Positions 1 through 7,685 of a stretch of DNA of 41,050 bases are shown one piece after another. Source of the DNA: Nitrososphaeria archaeon (lineage in GTDB: Archaea; Thermoproteota; Nitrososphaeria; Conexivisphaerales; UBA164); the NCBI GenBank assembly GCA_049965895.1, contig JBMFVR010000001.1:1-41050 (forward strand), in the 5' to 3' direction. Position numbers and translations under genes: made by a program. Numbering within the stretch: position 1 is the first letter of the stretch; every line of letters begins with the position of its first letter. Below the pieces are notes generated by a model. The model was given only the letters and a program-made list of their open reading frames with translations, made no database searches and was not told the origin of the DNA.

Positions 1-218
1 GTGTCAGCACCATTTTCCTTCACAAATTTTGGTAGGTCACCTGCCGCATGTTCAGTATGGGGGTTAAGTTTTATCACAAGGTCAGCAATTTTGTTTTCTT
101 CTACCTTTACAAATGCAAAGTACTTGGCTCTTCCAAAATGCATCGATATTTCTGAATCAAGTCCTTCATCATTTTCTACAGGAAAAGCAATTATCATGAT
201 CTTATCGAAAACAACCAT
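1..218 (-). CDS. NifX/NifB-like (FeMo-cofactor biosynthesis domain family, MTH1175-like) small protein; N-terminal part only, runs off the left edge
   Basis: Absent from the ORF track because it is edge-truncated. The reverse-strand ATG at 218-216 reads MVVFDKIMIIAFPVENDEGLDSEISMHFGRAKYFAFVKVEENKIADLVIKLNPHTEHAAGDLPKFVKENGAD. The HFGRAxxF signature is typical of NifX/NifB-like proteins. An AT-rich TATA-like box lies about 25 nt upstream. The listed + ORF 1..246 is its antisense shadow. Confidence 0.7.
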   Translation of the reverse strand, partial: MVVFDKIMIIAFPVENDEGLDSEISMHFGRAKYFAFVKVEENKIADLVIKLNPHTEHAAGDLPKFVKENGAD

Positions 219-307
219 CAATATAAGAATTTTTGTAAATAATTAAGTTTAACCTATAAAACAGCAAAAATCAAAGCATTAAATCATAATTAGGATTTTG
301 AAGGTTT

Positions 308-1846
308 TTACTGTAGCTTTATTGACAGCCCACCGGTGGGCAGCTCCTCAGCTCCCTCCTTTATCATGAGGTCCATCTTTAGCTTGTTCCACTCCTTTTC
401 GTTGTAAATGCATCCGGGGTCAGGAGCCTTTATGTCGTGATAGTAATTGTATGCCCTTGCCCTGCAACCGCCGCACGTGTACTTGTATGTGCACGTCCTG
501 CAGGCTCCTTCAAGGTCATCCTTGTTCCTTAGGTCCTTGAGCAGCTGGCTCTCAATCCAGAGCCTTTCAAAATCGTCAGCGTACAGGTTGCCCACCTTCA
601 CCTCATCCTCATGGGGGAAGAACACGCACGGATATATGTCGCCGTTTGGTTCAATGCTCATGTAGAACCTCCCTGCACCGCAACCACCTATGAAGTCTGC
701 AAGCTGCTGAAGCTTGGGGTTGGTGTACTGTGGGTTCTGGAAGTGTGTAGGTATTACGTTCTTTCCGATCTTCTTCTGAGTTTCAACTACCTGCGCAACC
801 ATCGCGTACTGTGGAGCAGTGGACAGCAGCTCAAGCCCACCCTTACCAGTGTTTTCGTACAGCATTGACAGCAGGTCAAACCTCTCCTTTGGCTCCAGGT
901 CCTCCATCACAATTTCCCTGCCCCTGCCCGTGGGTATAAAGTTGTAGGCCATGAGCCACCTTGCACCCAGACTGCGTGAAAACTCAATCATCCTGGGCGC
1001 ATCGTTTATGTTGTACTTTGTAACTGTCATGGAAACTTCAACAAACATTCCCTCATTGACGCAGTTTTTTATTGCCCTCACAGCCCTCTCCCAGGCCCCA
1101 TTAACCCTCCTGAATGAGTCGTGCACCTCAGGCGAAGGACCATCAAGGCTTATCTGCACGAACTGGAGCCCTGCCTCCCTGTACTTTCTTGCAATCTTTT
1201 CGTTTGACAGCACCCAGCCGTTGCTTGCCATGGCCGGATACATGCCCAGCTCGCTGACCCTGCGTATGTAATCTGGCATGTTGGGCAGGAGTGTGGGTTC
1301 ACCGCCGGAGAACGCTATGGATGTAACACCGGCTCTGGCCAGCTTCTCTATTCCCTGCATAACCATTTCCGGTGTGGCTTCGTTAGGGTCCTTCCTCCCT
1401 GCGTTCTCATAGCAGTGCAGGCAGTTAAAGTTACACGCCTTTGTTATGTTCCAAACTATCTGGTACGGTGCGCCTGGAACGAACGGCCTCCTGACGCCAA
1501 ACAGCGCAAGGCCCTTAACGGTAGTCGCAACACCCTTCCTCCAGTATGCGCTCTGTAACGATTTCTGCATCTGCTCGGCTGTTATGCCAAAGGTCTGCCC
1601 AGCCCTCTTCATGACGAACGAAATGACCTTCTCCGTGAACCTGCACTTCACGCACGCATGCTTTCTCTTGCCGGTGTAGAGTTCAAGGGCTACCTCAAGC
1701 CTGTTACCACCATCAGCTTCACAGTACTGTGTTGAGCTCTTCAGGACGCTCCTTATGAACGGATTATTTATCATCTTTTCAAAAGAGTTAACCATGCCAA
1801 CTAGGGAACTATCATTTTGTGGATCTTTGGGTGTATCTGCTAACAT
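308..1846 (-). CDS. Radical SAM enzyme with C-terminal SPASM/twitch-type auxiliary Fe-S domain and an N-terminal extension of about 135 aa (AhbD/NirJ/PqqE-like maturase class; exact subfamily unknown)
   Basis: It has the CxxxCxxC motif CNFNCLHCY, the SAM-binding stretch IAFSGGEPTL, and a SPASM-like Cys-rich tail (GGCGAGRFYMSIEPNGDIYPCVFF...CRTCTYKYTCGGCRARAY). The gene is clearly more GC-rich than its neighbours. Confidence 0.85.
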   Translation of the reverse strand: MLADTPKDPQNDSSLVGMVNSFEKMINNPFIRSVLKSSTQYCEADGGNRLEVALELYTGKRKHACVKCRFTEKVISFVMKRAGQTFGITAEQMQKSLQSAYWRKGVATTVKGLALFGVRRPFVPGAPYQIVWNITKACNFNCLHCYENAGRKDPNEATPEMVMQGIEKLARAGVTSIAFSGGEPTLLPNMPDYIRRVSELGMYPAMASNGWVLSNEKIARKYREAGLQFVQISLDGPSPEVHDSFRRVNGAWERAVRAIKNCVNEGMFVEVSMTVTKYNINDAPRMIEFSRSLGARWLMAYNFIPTGRGREIVMEDLEPKERFDLLSMLYENTGKGGLELLSTAPQYAMVAQVVETQKKIGKNVIPTHFQNPQYTNPKLQQLADFIGGCGAGRFYMSIEPNGDIYPCVFFPHEDEVKVGNLYADDFERLWIESQLLKDLRNKDDLEGACRTCTYKYTCGGCRARAYNYYHDIKAPDPGCIYNEKEWNKLKMDLMIKEGAEELPTGGLSIKLQ

Positions 1847-2052
1847 AAATTGTTTATGTTATTTTTCAAATATAAATTTACCTCTAAAACAGCTTACCGA
1901 CGAAAAAATACCGGCATTTATTTAGGCATAATTTAATCTGTACAGTGGGTTGTTTTTTGAGAAGAAGATCCATATTAAAATATTCAAACCGCTTTAAAAT
2001 TAGGTAAAAACACTAAACCATTTAAAATATATTTAACTACGACTTAAGTACA

Positions 2053-2862
2053 ATGACCATGATGAGTGACGATTCATTTTCTGTTTTATGGTGTAAAATG
2101 GAGCGTAAAGAGGGTAGCTTTGATATAATGGGCGAAATTAAAAATTTTTTTTTAAAAATAGAAAGTTTGCCTAAAGACGGCGACATATTATTGTTATCGG
2201 GGAAATACGTATCGATGTCTGAAGGAAGGAAATATCAACTCGACAGGGTTAAGCCATTAAATGACGCAAAAAAACTTTCAATGATAAATAAGGGTAACCC
2301 AAAATTAACAGAAGTTATAATTAGGGAAAGCGAAAAGGTATATGCGTCTTTTTCAGGTATATTTATGGCGGAAAATAATGGGTTGTTGCAGCCTAATGCA
2401 GGAATAGACAAATCAAATGTGCAAGAAGGCAATATAATATTATATCCAGAAGATCCTAACAAGTCCGCACTGGGCATCAGATTAAAAATGTTAACAGAAT
2501 ATGGCGTAAATTTAGGTATTGTTATAACGGATAGCAGGATTTATCCTGTAAGGAAGGGCACAGTTGGAATAGCGATAGGGTACAGCGGCATTAAAGCAAT
2601 TTTAGATGACAGAGGCAAACCGGACCTCTTTGGGAAACCACTTAAAATAACAAGAAGAGCCATTGCAGACCAACTTGCAACTGTAGCTCAGCTGGTAATG
2701 GGGGAGTCAGGTGAATCTATACCCCTTGTCTTAGTAAGAGGGCTGGCAACCTTTGTCAGCGCAAATGATATTAAAGTAAATTTATCAGTACCATTTCAAG
2801 AGGATCTTTACTATAGCGCAATAAAAAATATATTACAGCAAACTCATTCAGAGAATAAATAG
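2053..2862 (+). CDS. cofE: Coenzyme F420-0:L-glutamate ligase (CofE)
   Basis: The motifs GKYVSMSEGR, LLQPNAGIDKSN, ITDSRIYPVRKGTVGIAIGYSG and DLFGKPLKITRRAIADQLA match the CofE family. The true start may be a few codons inside the listed ORF. Confidence 0.8.
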   Translation: MTMMSDDSFSVLWCKMERKEGSFDIMGEIKNFFLKIESLPKDGDILLLSGKYVSMSEGRKYQLDRVKPLNDAKKLSMINKGNPKLTEVIIRESEKVYASFSGIFMAENNGLLQPNAGIDKSNVQEGNIILYPEDPNKSALGIRLKMLTEYGVNLGIVITDSRIYPVRKGTVGIAIGYSGIKAILDDRGKPDLFGKPLKITRRAIADQLATVAQLVMGESGESIPLVLVRGLATFVSANDIKVNLSVPFQEDLYYSAIKNILQQTHSENK

Positions 2863-2973
2863 GTATATCATATTTTCCGCAAAAAATTTACAATGAATGA
2901 ATGTTACGCAACTTAAAGGGGAAAAGGTTTAAGATAATGAAAAGAAACACAAATGTTCTTCCTGCTGGGTATC

Positions 2974-3028
2974 CATGAAAAAGGTAGAAGATTGTGCGTA
3001 TGCCTGCACATAAATAAGGTAATAAATG
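2974..3028 (+). repeat. Copy A of a 55-nt conserved intergenic element (52/55 identical to 35529..35583); contains the 12-codon ORF 2975..3013, MKKVEDCAYACT
   Basis: Direct comparison by eye: catgaaaaAggtagaagattgtgcgtatgcctgcAcataaataaggTaataaatg versus copy B. Weaker similarity extends about 15 nt upstream (tgcNggg..atNcatg) and to a shared ttcttggg downstream. It lies in a 356-bp spacer between the convergent genes cofE and tfs. Confidence 0.8.
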
Positions 3029-3218
3029 CAGATTTTAATTAGATATATTCTTGGGTTCGATAGAGATTGGATGGAAAGCTTGCTTGTGATATGACTCTGG
3101 TGTGAAGCAAAAAGCCATCGACAGTGATGCAATGAATATGAAGGCACAGCCATGAACCTTTAATCTAACTAAGAGGCAAAGGCCCCGTTTAGGACGTAAA
3201 ATTTGTCAACGCAGTAAT

Positions 3219-3560
3219 TTAAGCGTAAACCCTCCATGTGTATCCGCATTTGGTACATCTATAAAACTGTGTAGGAGGCTCATCAGCGCTCCTTGTTTGC
3301 ACTAACCACCAGTAAGCCTTTGTGTTACCACATCGAGGACAAGGTATATTTACAGTTGGAAGGGTACTTACATCAACATTGTCTCCTATTACTTTTAGAG
3401 TATTTTCATTATCGGATACTTTTTCTTCAAGAACCTTTTCATTTTTATACTTTTCAGTATAATTACATGTGGGACAAACATAAACTAGTTGCACACTAGA
3501 TCCCTGCTTTACACTTTTTAGCTTCATCAAACTTCCATCTTTAGGACAAAACTTGGGCAC
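3219..3560 (-). CDS. tfs: Transcription factor S / RNA polymerase subunit M (TFIIS-like)
   Basis: It has an N-terminal zinc ribbon (CPKDGSLM...CPTCNY). The C-terminal TFIIS zinc ribbon carries the acidic loop: CPRCGNTKAYWWLVQTRSADEPPTQFYRCTKCGYTWR. Confidence 0.9.
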   Translation of the reverse strand: MPKFCPKDGSLMKLKSVKQGSSVQLVYVCPTCNYTEKYKNEKVLEEKVSDNENTLKVIGDNVDVSTLPTVNIPCPRCGNTKAYWWLVQTRSADEPPTQFYRCTKCGYTWRVYA

Positions 3561-3566
3561 TTTAGA

Positions 3567-3842
3567 TCAAGATAATGCCTTTTCTAGCTCATTTTTTAAG
3601 CTTTTTGTTATTTCAGTAGCTTTGTCTATTCCATCATTCATAACCGATTTGGGATCAGAGCCATCAGTCAACAGGTAAATGTAGGCTTCTCGGGTAAGTG
3701 GATGACCCTTTTTAACAGAAACGTTTTTAACTCTTTTATCATTTAACAGGTTAAGCTGAAGTATATACATCAATGATATATCTATGTCTTTTATCAAGAG
3801 TTCCAAGGATTTATCATCCTTTTTTATTACTGAGACTTCCAT
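3567..3842 (-). CDS. rpoL: DNA-directed RNA polymerase subunit L (Rpb11 homologue)
   Basis: This 91-aa protein reads KDDKSLELLIKDIDISLMYILQLNLLNDKRVKNVSVKKGHPL, the typical RpoL fold signature. It sits immediately upstream of tfs on the same strand. Confidence 0.8.
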   Translation of the reverse strand: MEVSVIKKDDKSLELLIKDIDISLMYILQLNLLNDKRVKNVSVKKGHPLTREAYIYLLTDGSDPKSVMNDGIDKATEITKSLKNELEKALS

Positions 3843-3934
3843 ATTTAAATCACGTAATGGTTTGTTAGCATGTGCATTTAAACGTTTATTTGCCTTATAT
3901 GATCAAATTATTACAATTGATGGCTATTTCTGAT

Positions 3935-5599
3935 CTAAAGAAAAAGCTCGCCATATATCACCGGATTTTTTATCTTGAACCTTTCTAAAACCTCTGGATG
4001 CACTTCACCAATCTCTCCCACAATTTTGTCTTCAAACATAACTGTGGCTGCCCTTAAGGAATAAGGTTTATCTGAATTAATGTAATTTAATTTATACCTA
4101 AACACTAGTTTATTTATCGCTTCAACATAAGATTTAGCTGTTGTCATGGTGGTATTTTGTGACTCTTCAATGAAGCATAACTTTTTTATCTGGTGTGGTA
4201 CGTCTTTCATCAACACTATCTCACCAATTTCAAAAAATCTGTGAGGAGAAGGTTCCTGTTGGTTCGAAGAAATCACTTTAATGCACCCTGGCAAAAGCAA
4301 ATCTCTTATCATATTATGCTCAATGCTTTTTGAGAAGCTGACAGTATATACCCTTGCATCTCTCTTCATATTTTTTATTAGCAAGGCTTCAGAGGTCAGG
4401 ATTGGGTTTACAACCTCATTAAATCCTAGACCTACAAGAACGCTTCTAATAACAGAAGTTATCGTGGAATCTTTTAATTTAGAGCCCTCTTTAAAGTAAA
4501 AGCCAGAATCCGGTTTTATTTTAAAAAGACCGTAACCTAACATGACCTCTTCGACAATATCGACTGGATGCAAAATATCTCCACGGTAGTGTGGAATAGT
4601 AGTTTTTAAATAATCACCTTCAATCTGAGGTTCGAGCCTGCACTTTAATAATGACAATATTAAATCATCGTCAGATAAATTGATTCCAAGCATCTGGTTT
4701 ACCTTTTGTTTTTCAATCATGATTTCTTTTGAACTGGTATCAGGATATAAGTGGCCTTGGCCACCTTCATACACAATGCCCCTAATGATGCTGGCCCCCA
4801 TATCCCAGAGCGTTTCAGCTATTATTGACGCGGATAATTTTACGGCTTCATAATCAGTACCAGTTATATCAACAAAAATATTTTTTGTACTCTCGGAAAT
4901 CTTTGTGGCATTCCCATTTATAATTGGTGGTAATGATAAAACTGTACCATTACTGTCTATCAGCGCAGGATAGTCTGTAGTTGTTAAAAGATACCCATAT
5001 TTTCTTCCTTGCTCTGTTTCTTTAAGAATATCATACACTGTCATCATATGCGTTCCGTTTAAAGGTATAAAAGAAAAGTTACTATCAACTACAGTGTAAG
5101 TTATTGGTGGCGTTATGACTGAAAAGTCATGAAATCCTATGGCAACCTTCTTCCTTTCTCTCCCTATGCCGTGATGCAAATCTTCCTGCATGGATATAAT
5201 TTGCTTAATTGAGTCTTCATTTAATACAAGATTTAGAGCGGAGAATCCAGCTATATAAGGTCTTATTTTCTTGACTTTGTTATCTTCATTTATTATTACT
5301 TTACCATCTAAAAATTTTCTGATTTTAATGCCAAGCTCATCTCCAAACAAACCCTTTAATCCCCTAACGATCCCTAAGTCTGTGGAGTAATCTGGTCTGT
5401 TTGGTGAATATTCAACTTTAATATAGTCTTGTTGAAAATCTTCAATATCCAGACCAAGATAAGGTAGCATTGAAACTATTTCATCGTAACCCCTTTTAGA
5501 ATAAATTTCCTCTAACCTTTTGCGTGTTAATTGAACAACTGGCACGTTTCTCCCCAATATCACTAACGTAAAAGATAAATTAAATCTATCTAACTGCAA
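3935..5599 (-). CDS. pheT: Phenylalanyl-tRNA synthetase beta subunit (archaeal type)
   Basis: Length and layout fit archaeal PheT (B3/B4, B5 and catalytic-like core). The listed ORF starts at a TTG. The more likely start is the in-frame GTG at 5545 (VPVVQLTRKRLEEI..., resembling the usual MPVV... N-terminus). Confidence 0.85.
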   Translation of the reverse strand: MQLDRFNLSFTLVILGRNVPVVQLTRKRLEEIYSKRGYDEIVSMLPYLGLDIEDFQQDYIKVEYSPNRPDYSTDLGIVRGLKGLFGDELGIKIRKFLDGKVIINEDNKVKKIRPYIAGFSALNLVLNEDSIKQIISMQEDLHHGIGRERKKVAIGFHDFSVITPPITYTVVDSNFSFIPLNGTHMMTVYDILKETEQGRKYGYLLTTTDYPALIDSNGTVLSLPPIINGNATKISESTKNIFVDITGTDYEAVKLSASIIAETLWDMGASIIRGIVYEGGQGHLYPDTSSKEIMIEKQKVNQMLGINLSDDDLILSLLKCRLEPQIEGDYLKTTIPHYRGDILHPVDIVEEVMLGYGLFKIKPDSGFYFKEGSKLKDSTITSVIRSVLVGLGFNEVVNPILTSEALLIKNMKRDARVYTVSFSKSIEHNMIRDLLLPGCIKVISSNQQEPSPHRFFEIGEIVLMKDVPHQIKKLCFIEESQNTTMTTAKSYVEAINKLVFRYKLNYINSDKPYSLRAATVMFEDKIVGEIGEVHPEVLERFKIKNPVIYGELFL

Positions 5600-5631
5600 C
5601 TTTAAAGAGGAATATGAACCGTTAAATTATA

Positions 5632-5707
5632 TGGGGCCGCCGGGATTTGAACCCGGGACCGCCAGCGCCCCAGGCTGGTATCCTGGACCAGGCTAGACGA
5701 CGGCCCC
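5632..5707 (-). tRNA. tRNA-Pro (anticodon GGG)
   Basis: The manual cloverleaf gives acceptor GGGGCCG/CGGCCCC, anticodon arm CCAGC-CUGGGGC-GCUGG, T arm CCGGG-UUCAAAU-CCCGG and discriminator A. It is 76 nt with no intron and no encoded CCA. Confidence 0.9.
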
Positions 5708-5728
5708 TCGGAGATTGATCATTTTGCA

Positions 5729-5736
5729 AATATAAA
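5729..5736 (-). promoter_or_regulatory. TATA-box-like element (TTTATATT on the minus strand) upstream of tRNA-Pro
   Basis: The AT-rich octamer spans about -22 to -29 relative to the mature tRNA 5' end, the canonical archaeal TATA position. Confidence 0.45.
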
Positions 5737-5963
5737 TTGATTTCTATACTGGTTTCTTTGTTATATTTCATTGAATCAGCAAACAAGTTCCTATACTGCA
5801 TACCAACCCAAGATAGCTGCATGGGAGTTCACGCGCTTTAGTGTAAGAGGATGTCACTGATATACATCTTGTAAAGACAAGGCCGTTACATAGCAAAAAT
5901 GTACAACAGTTATGATCTTAAAGTTACAAGTGACTACGAAACCAGATAAATAAATATTTAGAA

Positions 5964-6410
5964 ATGCTTAAAAAATCCAGTCCAGTTTTTCAAACCATGA
6001 GTTCAGATAATGAAGAAGAGTCAATAAAAGAACAGATGTTAAGGCGCATTATCTCCGAAAAATCCAGTCCGATAATTTCAAACGGGCCGGTGGAAGTTAC
6101 AGACAAGGATTTCAATCAGTTTATTTCTTCGCATGAAAATGTGGTTATTGATTGCTGGGCAGAGTGGTGCCAGCCATGCAGGCTTATTTCACCCATAGTA
6201 GAAGAACTGTCAAGGAAATATTCAGGGAAGATATGGTTCGGCAAGCTCAATGTAGATGAAAATCAAAATACTGCAATGGAATATTCTATAATGGGAATAC
6301 CTACACTTTTGATATTCAAAGGTGGTTCGTTAGTAGACCAGATAGTTGGTGCAATGCCAAAAAGGTTAATTGAATCAAAAATAATTTCAGCGCTGGGGAT
6401 AGAAGCATGA
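5964..6410 (+). CDS. trx: Thioredoxin
   Basis: It has the active site WAEWCQPC and the downstream GIPTLLIFKGG motif. The start may be an internal Met. Confidence 0.85.
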   Translation: MLKKSSPVFQTMSSDNEEESIKEQMLRRIISEKSSPIISNGPVEVTDKDFNQFISSHENVVIDCWAEWCQPCRLISPIVEELSRKYSGKIWFGKLNVDENQNTAMEYSIMGIPTLLIFKGGSLVDQIVGAMPKRLIESKIISALGIEA

Positions 6411-7093
6411 GTTTAATATCAGATGAAGATAAAAACACGTTAAAGGACGTATTTGCCAAAAAGTTGGGCGGAAATATAAAATTAATAGCATTTACCAAAA
6501 AAAATGATTGTGAATATTGCAACGAAGTTATTGAACTTGTAAAGGAAGTGTCAAGCCTAGATCAGAGAATAAATTATGAAATATATGATTTTGATGAAGC
6601 TACAGAAAAAAAGAGGGAGTATTCTGTAGAAATGGCCCCAGCTATAGTGATATCCGGTACAAAAATATCCAAGGTGCACTTCTACGGTTTGCCTGCAGGC
6701 TATGAATTCAGTGCTTTTATAGATGACATGATTGATGTAAGCAAGAATTCCACAAGGCTTGCTCCATCTACAGTGACCAAACTAAATTCTGTAGACAGGG
6801 ATGTCAAGATCCAAGTTTTCGTTACTCCATCGTGTCCATATTGTCCAAGGGCTGTCAGGATGGCACATCAATTTGCCATGGTAAATGATCATATTGATGG
6901 TAGCATGGTGGAGGCACTTGAATTCGAGGAGCTTGCTAATGAATATGGAGTTATGTCGGTTCCCCATATAGTGATAAATGGGAGTTACACATTTATTGGG
7001 GCCGTACCTGAAACACAATTTTTAAATTACCTTTTTGATGCTTTACAGGGCGGCCAGGGACCATCTGAAAGTGGAGAAGTCAGCTCAGTTTAG
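6407..7093 (+). CDS. Protein disulfide oxidoreductase (two-thioredoxin-fold, glutaredoxin-like PDO)
   Basis: It has two CxxC sites, CEYC and CPYC, in two tandem Trx-fold halves. It forms an ATGA start/stop overlap with the upstream thioredoxin. Confidence 0.8.
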   Translation: MSLISDEDKNTLKDVFAKKLGGNIKLIAFTKKNDCEYCNEVIELVKEVSSLDQRINYEIYDFDEATEKKREYSVEMAPAIVISGTKISKVHFYGLPAGYEFSAFIDDMIDVSKNSTRLAPSTVTKLNSVDRDVKIQVFVTPSCPYCPRAVRMAHQFAMVNDHIDGSMVEALEFEELANEYGVMSVPHIVINGSYTFIGAVPETQFLNYLFDALQGGQGPSESGEVSSV

Positions 7094-7685
7094 AACCGTC
7101 TAAAATTTCTGATGGACTATCAAAATCAGTTATAGATAATTTATCACGCTTTTCTAAATATGAAACAGGTAAAAAGAAAACCCTTCTGAGCATACTGGGT
7201 ATTGCCTTTACATCATAGTTTTTATAATTAGTTAGGATTTCACACGCGGAAAGAACTGATGATGTTCGATAAGCTGCGTGAATGACTTCTATTTTTCCAT
7301 CATTCCATATGGGTATAACACCATCTACATCCATTTTTTCCAAGTAACTATCTAGTAAATTTAAAAAATTGTCAGTTACCAGGGGAGAATCGGCCGAAAT
7401 TATTACAATTTTTGAGTTGGTGCTGGCACGAGCAGCGGACATTATTCCTACAAGGGGGGAATATTCACCAATTTCATCCTTAACCACTTTTACTCTGTAT
7501 TTTATTTTATCTGGGATATCGAATGCCAAAGATTTTACTGACAAAATAATTTCATTCGCTTGAGAATTTAATGCAGAATATAGAACCCATTCTAGCATTG
7601 TCTTAGTTCCAATCTGGAAGAAAAGTTTGTTTGCACCAAATCTGGTAGATTTTCCTCCAGCAAGAACTGCTATCGTGTATGTCAT
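7080..7685 (-). CDS. mobA: Molybdenum cofactor guanylyltransferase (MobA)
   Basis: It has the N-terminal nucleotide-binding motif IAVLAGGKSTRFGANKLF, and its size of about 200 aa fits. It forms an ATGA overlap with the end of pckG. Confidence 0.75.
   Translation of the reverse strand: MTYTIAVLAGGKSTRFGANKLFFQIGTKTMLEWVLYSALNSQANEIILSVKSLAFDIPDKIKYRVKVVKDEIGEYSPLVGIMSAARASTNSKIVIISADSPLVTDNFLNLLDSYLEKMDVDGVIPIWNDGKIEVIHAAYRTSSVLSACEILTNYKNYDVKAIPSMLRRVFFLPVSYLEKRDKLSITDFDSPSEILDGSKLS

Noticed and set aside
1-246. Listed + strand ORF (81 aa) at the left edge
   Set aside because: It is an antisense shadow of the NifX-like gene, which has a clear family signature on the minus strand. The + frame product is low-complexity.
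2929-3153. Listed 74-aa ORF, together with its counterpart at 35404..35619 (71 aa), as a conserved small protein
   Set aside because: The two ORFs read the shared 55-nt core in different frames, and their products are aromatic/His/Cys-rich nonsense. The conservation is at the nucleotide level.
5622-5822. Listed 66-aa minus-strand ORF
   Set aside because: Its C-terminal half is read through tRNA-Pro, and the rest is AT-rich promoter spacer.
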